Source: Trypanosoma brucei (Eukaryota). From it: a stretch of 64,000 nucleotides of DNA. Numbering within the stretch: the stretch's first letter is position 1; each line of letters begins with the position of its first letter. Shown here in pieces: positions 1 to 9,065 of the stretch. Made by a program: the position numbers and the translations under genes. The DNA lies in NCBI GenBank assembly GCA_000002445.1, contig CP000070.1:864001-928000 (forward strand). Direction: 5' to 3'. Under the pieces are notes generated by a model. That model was not told the DNA's origin. It searched no databases and was given only the letters and a program-made list of their open reading frames with translations.

Positions 1-1862
1 GCAGCTAGTTCATTTGTTTTCTCCTCTTGTAATCGGAGAAGATCATCCCTCTCAGACGAAACATCATGCAGTTTTGCGCCAAGTTCACAGAGTTCTTGTT
101 CTAGAGTATTCAGTTGTTGACGGCCTTCGTCGATTTGCTCCTTCAATAGATCTAGGCCATCCTTAGGTTCATTTAATTTCAACAGCAGCCGCTGCGTTTC
201 CCTGAATGGGTAATGCTGAAGCCGTTGAGCAATTTCCGAAGGATGAATGCTTGAAGGATGGGTGACATCAAATTCAACCACACGACCACTCGGAGTGAAC
301 GTTACATTACTCACACAATCCCTGTAGACACGACATGCATTAGCAGCATCAACAACAACAGCACAACGTAACTCTTCCGGTTTATTCTTCAGCAACTCAT
401 CTAACCTCTCACCTTGAAGTTGAACACACTGAGAACTTACCATGCAATCTCCCTCCATCGAAGCCATCCACCGAGAATCATGTTTCCGCAGCTCATCATT
501 TTCAGCACGAATCGCCTTCAGACTCTCTTGTAGCAAAGAAATTTTGGACTCAACGTTAGCAATCAGTTCATTAAGAGACTCAATTTCCTTTGCGTTATCA
601 GATTCGGCAAGACGAAGTTGCTCATTTTCCTCCTTAAGTTGTTGCAAATGTCGCTCCACCTCGCACACATGTTTCTTGAGCAAATCAAGCTCACGGGCTT
701 TTTCTTCTTCAGCACGGTGGAGCTCCTCGCTTTCTTTACTCAACTTTTTGATGTGTTGATCCTTTGCCGAACAGAGTTCATTTTGCGCATCAAGCTCAAT
801 CACCTTCTCTCTGACACACTCCCTCAATGCATCCACTTCCTCTTGCATCTTCTTCACCTTTTCCTCCATTTCCTCCAGATGACGACTCCGCAAGTCAAGT
901 TCACGTGCCTTTTCGGCCTCCGAATCCCGAAGCCCACCGTTTTCAGTGCGAAGTTCAGCAAGTTGCTCTTCCATCTCATTAAGTTTCTCATTCTGCACAT
1001 CAAGTTCACGTGCTTTCGCCTCATCAGAGCCGCGAAGTTGCTCATTTTGAACTAAAAATTCTTGAAGCTTACCGTCCAAGTCACCTAGTAAACCTTCCTG
1101 AACAACAAGATCATTCGACTTACACTCCAAAGTTCTCTTGAGATCACAATTTTCTTCCACTAAAGCATCTAATTGGTTCTCTACAGCAGTTAGCCGCGCC
1201 TGTTGTGCAGCTAGTTCATTTGTTTTCTCCTCTTGTAATCGGAGAAGATCATCCCTCTCAGACGAAACATCATGCAGTTTTGCGCCAAGTTCACAGAGTT
1301 CTTGTTCTAGAGTATTCAGTTGTTGACGGCCTTCGTCGATTTGCTCCTTCAATAGATCTAGGCCATCCTTAGGTTCATTTAATTTCAACAGCAGCCGCTG
1401 CGTTTCCCTGAATGGGTAATGCTGAAGCCGTTGAGCAATTTCCGAAGGATGAATGCTTGAAGGATGGGTGACATCAAATTCAACCACACGACCACTCGGA
1501 GTGAACGTTACATTACTCACACAATCCCTGTAGACACGACATGCATTAGCAGCATCAACAACAACAGCACAACGTAACTCTTCCGGTTTATTCTTCAGCA
1601 ACTCATCTAACCTCTCACCTTGAAGTTGAACACACTGAGAACTTACCATGCAATCTCCCTCCATCGAAGCCATCCACCGAGAATCATGTTTCCGCAGCTC
1701 ATCATTTTCAGCACGAATCGCCTTCAGACTCTCTTGTAGCAAAGAAATTTTGGACTCAACGTTAACAATCAGTTCATTAAGAGACTCAATTTCCTTTGCG
1801 TTATCAAAATCAGTAAGACGAAGTTGCTCATTTTCCTCCTTAAGTTGTTGCAAATGCCGTTC
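1..1862 (-). repeat. Higher-order direct repeat with a period of about 1208 bp. Copy 1..655 is about 98% identical to copy 1209..1862. The spacer at 656..1208 consists of degenerate 105-bp-family units.
   Basis: 'gcagctagttcatttgtttt' occurs at 1 and 1209. The plus-strand ORFs 442..759 and 1648..1872 start with the same 39 residues. The repeat may continue beyond the left edge. Confidence 0.85.
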
Positions 1863-4800
1863 CATCTCATGAAGTTTCTCATTCTGTACATCAAGTTCAC
1901 GTGCCTTGTCACCATCAGTATTGCGAAGCTCCTCATTCTCAGCGCGTAGTTCAGCAAGTTGCTCCTCCATCTCATGAAGTTTCTCATTCTGCACATCAAG
2001 TTCACGTGCCTTGTCACCATCAGTATTGCGAAGCTCCTCATTTTCCTCCTTAAGTTGTTGCAAATGCCGTTCCATCTCATGAAGTTTCTCATTCTGTACA
2101 TCAAGTTCACGTGCCTTGTCACCATCAGTATTGCGAAGCTCCTCATTCTCAGCGCGTAGTTCAGCAAGTTGCTCCTCCATCTCATGAAGTTTCTCATTCT
2201 GCACATCAAGTTCACGTGCCTTGTCACCATCAGTATTGCGAAGCTCCTCATTCTCAGCGCGTAGTTCAGCAAGTTGCTCTTCCATCTCATGAAGTTTCTC
2301 ATTCTGCACATCAAGTTCACGTGCCTTGTCCCCTTCAGTATTGCGAAGCTCCTCATTCTCAGCGCGTAGTTCAGCAAGTTGCTCCTCCATCTCATGAAGT
2401 TTCTCATTCTGCACATCAAGTTCACGTGCCTTGTCACCATCAGTATTGCGAAGCTCCTCATTCTCAGCGCGTAGTTCAGCAAGTTGCTCTTCCATCTCAT
2501 GAAGTTTCTCATTCTGCACATCAAGTTCACGTGCCTTGTCCCCTTCAGTATTGCGAAGCTCCTCATTCTCAGCGCGTAGTTCAGCAAGTTGCTCCTCCAT
2601 CTCATGAAGTTTCTCATTCTGCACATCAAGTTCACGTGCCTTGTCACCATCAGTATTGCGAAGCTCCTCATTCTCAGCGCGTAGTTCAGCAAGTTGCTCC
2701 TCCATCTCATGAAGTTTCTCATTCTGTACATCAAGTTCACGTGCCTTGTCACCATCAGTATTGCGAAGCTCCTCATTCTCAGCGCGTAGTTCAGCAAGTT
2801 GCTCTTCCATCTCATGAAGTTTCTCATTCTGCACATCAAGTTCACGTGCCTTGTCACCATCAGTATTGCGAAGCTCCTCATTCTCAGCGCGTAGTTCAGC
2901 AAGTTGCTCTTCCATCTCATGAAGTTTCTCATTCTGCACATCAAGTTCACGTGCCTTGTCACCATCAGTATTGCGAAGCTCCTCATTCTCAGCGCGTAGT
3001 TCAGCAAGTTGCTCTTCCATCTCATGAAGTTTCTCATTCTGTACATCAAGTTCACGTGCCTTGTCACCATCAGTATTGCGAAGCTCCTCATTTTCAGCGC
3101 GTAGTTCAGCAAGTTGCTCCTCCATCTCATGAAGTTTCTCATTCTGCACATCAAGTTCACGTGCCTTGTCACCTTCAGTATTGCGAAGCTCCTCATTTTC
3201 AGCGCGTAGTTCAGCAAGTTGCTCTTCCATCTCATGAAGTTTCTCATTCTGTACATCAAGTTCACGTGCCTTGTCACCATCAGTATTGCGAAGCTCCTCA
3301 TTTTCAGCGCGTAGTTCGGCAAGTTGCTCCTCCATCTCATGAAGTTTCTCATTCTGTACATCAAGTTCACGTGCCTTGTCACCATCAGTATTGCGAAGCT
3401 CCTCATTTTCAGCGCGTAGTTCGGCAAGTTGCTCCTCCATCTCATGAAGTTTCTCATTCTGTACATCAAGTTCACGTGCCTTGTCACCATCAGTATTGCG
3501 AAGCTCCTCATTTTCAGCGCGTAGTTCAGCAAGTTGCTCCTCCATCTCATGAAGTTTCTCATTCTGCACATCAAGTTCACGTGCCTTGTCCCCTTCAGTA
3601 TTGCGAAGCTCCTCATTCTCAGCGCGTAGTTCAGCAAGTTGCTCCTCCATCTCATGAAGTTTCTCATTCTGCACATCAAGTTCACGTGCCTTGTCCCCTT
3701 CAGTATTGCGAAGCTCCTCATTCTCAGTGCGTAGTTCAGCAAGTTGCTCCTCCATCTCATGAAGTTTCTCATTCTGCACATCAAGTTCACGTGCCTTGTC
3801 CCCTTCAGTATTGCGAAGCTCCTCATTTTCAGCGCGTAGTTCAGCAAGTTGCTCCTCCATCTCATGAAGTTTCTCATTCTGTACATCAAGTTCACGTGCC
3901 TTGTCACCATCAGTATTGCGAAGCTCCTCATTCTCAGCGCGTAGTTCAGCAAGTTGCTCTTCCATCTCATGAAGTTTCTCATTCTGCACATCAAGTTCAC
4001 GTGCCTTGTCCCCTTCAGTATTGCGAAGCTCCTCATTCTCTGCGCGTAGTTCAGCAAGTTGCTCCTCCATCTCATGAAGTTTCTCATTCTGTACATCAAG
4101 TTCACGTGCCTTGTCACCATCAGTATTGCGAAGCTCCTCATTCTCAGCGCGTAGTTCAGCAAGTTGCTCCTCCATCTCATGAAGTTTCTCATTCTGTACA
4201 TCAAGTTCACGTGCCTTGTCACCATCAGTATTGCGAAGCTCCTCATTCTCAGCGCGTAGTTCAGCAAGTTGCTCTTCCATCTCATGAAGTTTCTCATTCT
4301 GCACATCAAGTTCACGTGCCTTGTCCCCTTCAGTATTGCGAAGCTCCTCATTCTCAGCGCGTAGTTCGGCAAGTTGCTCCTCCATCTCATGAAGTTTCTC
4401 ATTCTGCACATCAAGTTCACGTGCCTTGTCCCCTTCAGTATTGCGAAGCTCCTCATTCTCAGCGCGTAGTTCAGCAAGTTGCTCCTCCATCTCATGAAGT
4501 TTCTCATTCTGCACATCAAGTTCACGTGCCTTGTCCCCTTCAGTATTGCGAAGCTCCTCATTTTCAGCGCGTAGTTCAGCAAGTTGTTCCTCCATCTCAT
4601 GAAGTTTCTCATTCTGCACATCAAGTTCACGTGCCTTGTCCCCTTCAGTATTGCGAAGCTCCTCATTTTCAGCGCGTAGTTCGGCAAGTTGCTCCTCCAT
4701 CTCATGAAGTTTCTCATTCTGCACATCAAGTTCACGTGCCTTGTCCCCTTCAGTATTGCGAAGCTCCTCATTCTCAGCGCGTAGTTCAGCAAGTTGCTCC

Positions 4801-7800
4801 TCCATCTCATGAAGTTTCTCATTCTGCACATCAAGTTCACGTGCCTTGTCACCATCAGTATTGCGAAGCTCCTCATTCTCAGCGCGTAGTTCAGCAAGTT
4901 GCTCCTCCATCTCATGAAGTTTCTCATTCTGCACATCAAGTTCACGTGCCTTGTCACCATCAGTATTGCGAAGCTCCTCATTTTCAGCGCGTAGTTCAGC
5001 AAGTTGCTCTTCCATCTCATGAACGTATCCCTGCAGCTGGACGTCACCTGATGCTGCTTCCCTAATGCGATGAAGCTCCTCATTTTCAGCGCGTAGTTCA
5101 GCAAGTTGCTCTTCCATCTCATGAACGTATCCCTGCAGCTCGACGTCACCTGATGCTGCTTCCCTAATGCGATGAAGCTCCTCATTTTCAGCGCGTAGTT
5201 CAGCAAGTTGCTCTTCCATCTCATGAACGTATCCCTGCAGCTCGACGTCACCTGATGCTGCTTCCCTAATGCGATGAAGCTCCTCATTTTCAGCGCGTAG
5301 TTCAGCAAGTTGCTCTTCCATCTCATGAACGTATCCCTGCAGCTCGACGTCACCTGAAGCTGCTTCCCTAATGCAATGAAGCTCTTCTTTTTCTATTAGT
5401 TGTCCTATTATCTGTTGATGTGGTCGCATGGGGCTGTGTTGTCCTTGTTTGTCTTCTTTTATTCGTACTGCTTTTCTTTCTTCGGGGGACTCTTCGCTTA
5501 ATGGTTCTTCGGTTTTTTGTTGCCTCTGACGATGTGCTCTTATGTTACATATATTATCTTTGTCGTGATCACGTAACGATTCGTCTTGTTCATGTAGCTT
5601 GCTGTGCTCTGTTGGGGTTTCTTTTCTGTACGTTTCCCTTGTCTGACATTCTTCTGAACTTTCGACGGATGTGTTGGTGCGGGTTGTTTCTTCTTCGCTA
5701 GTTTCTTTCTCTAAAAGATATCCGTCGTCTTTTGCGTCCTCGGTTTTTGTTTGAATAACTTCTTCTTTGTTTTCTTTTGTCCGGCGTAGTAAAGTGTTTT
5801 CGTCATTCAGTATGCGTAGCCTCTCCTCCAATGCTTTTATGTGCCCTCGTAGTTCCTCAATCTGAGCAATTTCCTCCCTGGTGGACATGAATAAATCACC
5901 ATCGTCCAGGGTTTCGTGCAAACTGTGAGAATAAGAAGGACTGTCTTGGTGATCTCCTTCCCTCCGGCCTCTATTGCTGTGTTGGTGAGGGTCACTTTCT
6001 CCTTGTTTCCCGATCGTTTGCATTAGTTGCAACACTGAAAGAAACTCTGCCCTCCTGACCCGTTGTGCGAGATCGTATTGTGACACGGAAGGAGGGTGAG
6101 AGACGGTGAACACGACAGATGTGTAGTACTCATTGAAACAAATATCGTCAATATCACTGATATCTACCTGGCAAGCACGAGCGGCATCCACAAGAACGGC
6201 TTTGTTGATATCTTCTCTATTGTTGATTATGTGCGTCCTCCATTCACGGAGATCGATATTCTTTTTGAGTGTGGATGTGACCCTCTCCCCATGTTGGTCT
6301 TTATGTCCCTCGATGATGTAGCCCTCTCTGCTCCCACCGCGAGTTGATGCATGCAGCGGAGACTCGTGCTCACTTACCCCCTGGTCCGTAGCGTCGTATC
6401 CTCTAATCTGATCACCGCTGCTTTCCCTTTGTAGTTCCTCTATTTCTTTGCGGTAGTGCTCCAGCTGACGAAGATCTTCGTCATGGCGCTGCTTAAGTTC
6501 GCTGATCTTGATTATCCCTTCTTGGCGCGTCTTCTCTGCCAGTTCACGCTGCTCGTTCAGGAGCTGCTGTAGCTCGTTGTTCACCCGCTGCGCTTCTTCA
6601 ATTTGTTGTAAGAGGTCACTGTTCTCTTCATGGGCAATATCAGTGGAATTTTGCCGTGGCTGAGAGTCCACTGCTTCGTCCTTCGGCTGCAAACCACCAC
6701 AGCTGAACCCCCCTTCCAACGCATGATGAAGAGCAACGTGGAGCAGCGGGCGGTGAATGGTAGCGCACCAGTCAATGAACTGCACATCCTTGTCCGTAAT
6801 GCTAACGACATCACCATTATCATCCGAAATACTCAAAACTGTCAGAATACAAGAACGGGAAACGTTGGTTGACGGCCTATCAGCAGAGGCAACGAACGTA
6901 AGGTACTGTTCGCTCTCATCTTCGCAAGCCCCATCGTCAACACTGCTTCCCTCTTCAGCACTGCAGTGCAACTTTGTTTCAATGCGCTTGATTTGCGTGT
7001 TCAGTTCCTTTATGTGAGCTATGTGGCTGGTAATATTCGCGTGCAGCTCGTCTGTGGACCGCTGAGAGTTTACGATCTCACATATGACGTGAAACATGCC
7101 CATCTGGGCAATGATCCAATCAAAAAGAAGAGGTAGCAGGGTGTCAGTACCGGACCTCGACCCGCCGGTCGTTTTCCCACTTAGTTGATTGCAGTAGAGG
7201 TGGACATCGGACATGTAGGCATCGTTGATGTCGTTGTAAAGTTCTACGCTCATATCAGTCATTGGGTCAAATTCCAGCAACCGCTGTATGTAGGTCGGAT
7301 CCCTCACAGCGGCCCGCAGGTCCTCCCACGACCATGAGGAATCAACAACCAAGTCCTCATTTAGAAGTGCGACAGTTGCCTCTAGCGCAAGCCGAAGTTG
7401 CACCGATGGAACCCGTGTGTTGAACACTTCGTGAAGTCGCACCTCCTCTACAGCCGCAATAGCACGACGAACGGCATCGGAAGACTCCTTTGCACGCCCC
7501 ATGGCCGCCTCATTGTTACGCCGAACAGCCGCCATCTCCTCGCGCAACGCCATAACACTCATGTGGCGGTGCCTCATCTCCTCCATTTTCCTCTCTTTGT
7601 CGATCCTTAGTGTGTTGAGAACAGCGGGATCGTGGCTGTTCTGTGGGAGCAACACACGCACCGTAGCGGAACGTGAATCCAGCTGCAACACGCGCCCCAG
7701 AAACCATCGCCGCTTGGAAGCTTTGCCTAATAATTCATAGGCCACAAGAGACCCCACGCACAAGGGGTCTTTCACACTATTAAGTAACGACTTCACACGG

Positions 7801-7892
7801 CTGTGGGTCGGACTAGCGCCTTTGTCCAACGCATGCAGAGAATCTGCTGTTTGTGACCACTCCTCATCGAAATGGCCTTCGGCGGTTGCCAT
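1..7892 (-). CDS. Giant repetitive coiled-coil protein. The N-terminus is complete (ATG at 7890-7892, revcomp) and the 3' end runs off the left window edge. Possibly the trypanosome flagellum-attachment-zone giant protein FAZ10.
   Basis: Translating the reverse strand by hand from the ATG at 7892 gives an uninterrupted frame (codon tops = 2 mod 3) down to position 1. An in-frame TAG lies just upstream of the ATG. The N-terminal ~830 aa are unique sequence. They are followed by 4 x 34-aa units (EELHRIREAASGDVELQGYVHEMEEQLAELRAEN), about 30 x 35-aa units (EELRNTDGDKARELDVQNEKLHEMEEQLAELRAEN) and degenerate heptad-rich coiled coil. This true frame is absent from the ORF track because it has no stop inside the window. 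The FAZ10 suggestion comes only from recalled gene order next to FPPS and the giant repetitive character. Confidence 0.8.
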   Translation of the reverse strand, partial: MATAEGHFDEEWSQTADSLHALDKGASPTHSRVKSLLNSVKDPLCVGSLVAYELLGKASKRRWFLGRVLQLDSRSATVRVLLPQNSHDPAVLNTLRIDKERKMEEMRHRHMSVMALREEMAAVRRNNEAAMGRAKESSDAVRRAIAAVEEVRLHEVFNTRVPSVQLRLALEATVALLNEDLVVDSSWSWEDLRAAVRDPTYIQRLLEFDPMTDMSVELYNDINDAYMSDVHLYCNQLSGKTTGGSRSGTDTLLPLLFDWIIAQMGMFHVICEIVNSQRSTDELHANITSHIAHIKELNTQIKRIETKLHCSAEEGSSVDDGACEDESEQYLTFVASADRPSTNVSRSCILTVLSISDDNGDVVSITDKDVQFIDWCATIHRPLLHVALHHALEGGFSCGGLQPKDEAVDSQPRQNSTDIAHEENSDLLQQIEEAQRVNNELQQLLNEQRELAEKTRQEGIIKISELKQRHDEDLRQLEHYRKEIEELQRESSGDQIRGYDATDQGVSEHESPLHASTRGGSREGYIIEGHKDQHGERVTSTLKKNIDLREWRTHIINNREDINKAVLVDAARACQVDISDIDDICFNEYYTSVVFTVSHPPSVSQYDLAQRVRRAEFLSVLQLMQTIGKQGESDPHQHSNRGRREGDHQDSPSYSHSLHETLDDGDLFMSTREEIAQIEELRGHIKALEERLRILNDENTLLRRTKENKEEVIQTKTEDAKDDGYLLEKETSEEETTRTNTSVESSEECQTRETYRKETPTEHSKLHEQDESLRDHDKDNICNIRAHRQRQQKTEEPLSEESPEERKAVRIKEDKQGQHSPMRPHQQIIGQLIEKEELHCIREAASGDVELQGYVHEMEEQLAELRAENEELHRIREAASGDVELQGYVHEMEEQLAELRAENEELHRIREAASGDVELQGYVHEMEEQLAELRAENEELHRIREAASGDVQLQGYVHEMEEQLAELRAENEELRNTDGDKARELDVQNEKLHEMEEQLAELRAENEELRNTDGDKARELDVQNEKLHEMEEQLAELRAENEELRNTEGDKARELDVQNEKLHEMEEQLAELRAENEELRNTEGDKARELDVQNEKLHEMEEQLAELRAENEELRNTEGDKARELDVQNEKLHEMEEQLAELRAENEELRNTEGDKARELDVQNEKLHEMEEQLAELRAENEELRNTEGDKARELDVQNEKLHEMEEQLAELRAENEELRNTDGDKARELDVQNEKLHEMEEQLAELRAENEELRNTDGDKARELDVQNEKLHEMEEQLAELRAENEELRNTEGDKARELDVQNEKLHEMEEQLAELRAENEELRNTDGDKARELDVQNEKLHEMEEQLAELRAENEELRNTEGDKARELDVQNEKLHEMEEQLAELRTENEELRNTEGDKARELDVQNEKLHEMEEQLAELRAENEELRNTEGDKARELDVQNEKLHEMEEQLAELRAENEELRNTDGDKARELDVQNEKLHEMEEQLAELRAENEELRNTDGDKARELDVQNEKLHEMEEQLAELRAENEELRNTDGDKARELDVQNEKLHEMEEQLAELRAENEELRNTEGDKARELDVQNEKLHEMEEQLAELRAENEELRNTDGDKARELDVQNEKLHEMEEQLAELRAENEELRNTDGDKARELDVQNEKLHEMEEQLAELRAENEELRNTDGDKARELDVQNEKLHEMEEQLAELRAENEELRNTDGDKARELDVQNEKLHEMEEQLAELRAENEELRNTDGDKARELDVQNEKLHEMEEQLAELRAENEELRNTEGDKARELDVQNEKLHEMEEQLAELRAENEELRNTDGDKARELDVQNEKLHEMEEQLAELRAENEELRNTEGDKARELDVQNEKLHEMEEQLAELRAENEELRNTDGDKARELDVQNEKLHEMEEQLAELRAENEELRNTDGDKARELDVQNEKLHEMERHLQQLKEENEELRNTDGDKARELDVQNEKLHEMEEQLAELRAENEELRNTDGDKARELDVQNEKLHEMERHLQQLKEENEQLRLTDFDNAKEIESLNELIVNVESKISLLQESLKAIRAENDELRKHDSRWMASMEGDCMVSSQCVQLQGERLDELLKNKPEELRCAVVVDAANACRVYRDCVSNVTFTPSGRVVEFDVTHPSSIHPSEIAQRLQHYPFRETQRLLLKLNEPKDGLDLLKEQIDEGRQQLNTLEQELCELGAKLHDVSSERDDLLRLQEEKTNELAAQQARLTAVENQLDALVEENCDLKRTLECKSNDLVVQEGLLGDLDGKLQEFLVQNEQLRGSDEAKARELDVQNEKLNEMEEQLAELRTENGGLRDSEAEKARELDLRSRHLEEMEEKVKKMQEEVDALRECVREKVIELDAQNELCSAKDQHIKKLSKESEELHRAEEEKARELDLLKKHVCEVERHLQQLKEENEQLRLAESDNAKEIESLNELIANVESKISLLQESLKAIRAENDELRKHDSRWMASMEGDCMVSSQCVQLQGERLDELLKNKPEELRCAVVVDAANACRVYRDCVSNVTFTPSGRVVEFDVTHPSSIHPSEIAQRLQHYPFRETQRLLLKLNEPKDGLDLLKEQIDEGRQQLNTLEQELCELGAKLHDVSSERDDLLRLQEEKTNELA
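1846..5000 (-). repeat. Tandem array of about 30 near-identical 105-bp (35-aa) coding repeats.
   Basis: 'tcagcaagtt' recurs at 2161, 2266 and 2581, giving a period of 105. Units differ only at a few positions: caccatcagt vs ccccttcagt (D/E), ctcagcgc vs ttcagcgc, tgcacatc vs tgtacatc, cctccat vs cttccat. These variants are arranged in blocks. Confidence 0.95.
5000..5395 (-). repeat. Tandem array of 4 x 102-bp (34-aa) coding repeats that are related to, but distinct from, the 105-bp family.
   Basis: 'acgtcacc' recurs at 5041, 5143, 5245 and 5347, giving a period of 102. Confidence 0.9.
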
Positions 7893-9065
7893 TGTAGGAA
7901 AGAGAACACGGAACACTAGCTAAAGCACCCAAAAGTACCTGGTCCCAAAACCCTGGTTGACACTTTGCTACTCTCCCCCTTCCCTCAATCGCTCTACTAC
8001 ACCTCGCTCACAAGTTCTACTGACTTCGCACTCAGCGGAGTTCGGATTCTTCCAAGACACGGCCAAATCCTCTCCTCCTCCTCCTCCTGTTTTTGCCCTT
8101 TTTTTTTCGTTCTATTACAAAAATTAAACAAAACTTTTGTCCTCCCCAACACTCACCCTCGCGGTGGCAAACACCAGTAGCAGTGGTGGTGTCGCCTCGT
8201 CACACTCGAAATGAACTACCGACTTGGGTGTGTTAACTCAGCCTTTCCACGGGGTTAGATCGCTCTTCAACTTTTCTGGCCCCTGTAGGTGCGGTTCTGA
8301 CCGTTCTTCGGGAATACTATAATGTACAACGATGCAAGCAGAGGAAACAGGAGAAATGAAATGATGGACACGACCCACTTGTAAAATCGACTAGTGCGTG
8401 GGTCTAAAGATAACACACAAATGCACAGTTATTTGTTTCTTACAAAGAAATCCGCACACTCAACGATACTTTTTCGACCTCTTCCTGCCGCTTGCAGTCT
8501 GACGCTCTTGCAACGATCCGCAAAAGCACAAGGCCAACACCAAACAGATACGATGCGATATGATATTATACGTATACCCACGTAATATCCAGAAAGTAGC
8601 GCATCTGCATCCTCCCCCCCCCCTCGTTGCAGCCACCTGTTTCTACGTGCGGGCACAATAAAGGAAGAAGGTCGCTTCCTTCTCACTATCAAGTGGAGGT
8701 CAAAGGAAAGACCACCCCTCTGGTCTGAGGCTTAAAATGAAAACAACGATGTGTCGGCAACTTCTGCAGTTCATTCAGGAGAATGGCACAACGTCGCATG
8801 TACGACCACCGTCGCCACCAGCAGCGGCACCGACAGAAGTTGATAGTTATAATTTTTTCCCCCTTTTAAAGTTCTGTACCGCGTAATCACCCGATGCCTC
8901 CTCCCTTCCTGTCGTTTGCTCGATGGGGAAGATAAATGTGAACGACAAATGTGGCAGTCACTTGTGAAGGGTCAAAATCAAAACATACCAATACACCACC
9001 AACTACGTCCTCAGCCTGACACCGCACCTTCCCACGCACGCACTCGCATGGGGCACCACACGCTC

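Noticed and set aside
2000-5000. Could the regular 105-bp array be a CRISPR or other prokaryotic repeat array?
   Set aside because: There are no unique spacers, since the units are contiguous and themselves repeated. The array is in-frame coding sequence for a coiled coil inside a gene of at least 8 kb, and the surrounding context is eukaryotic.
2111-5065. Plus-strand ORF of 984 aa (MPCHHQYCEAPHSQRVV...) and plus-strand ORFs 442..759, 618..1055, 1648..1872, 1959..2159
   Set aside because: These are antisense readings of the same repeats. Every gene in the window is on the minus strand, and their composition (H/Q/V/C-rich periodic) is an echo of the repeat.
1769-5353. ORF-track minus-strand ORF of 1194 aa (MTSSCRDTFMRWKSNLL...)
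   Set aside because: This is the 105-bp repeat array read in the wrong reverse frame (codon tops = 1 mod 3). It stays open only because the repeat lacks stops, and its composition is M/R/W/N-rich and not protein-like. The genuine frame (tops = 2 mod 3) runs continuously from the ATG at 7892 to position 1.
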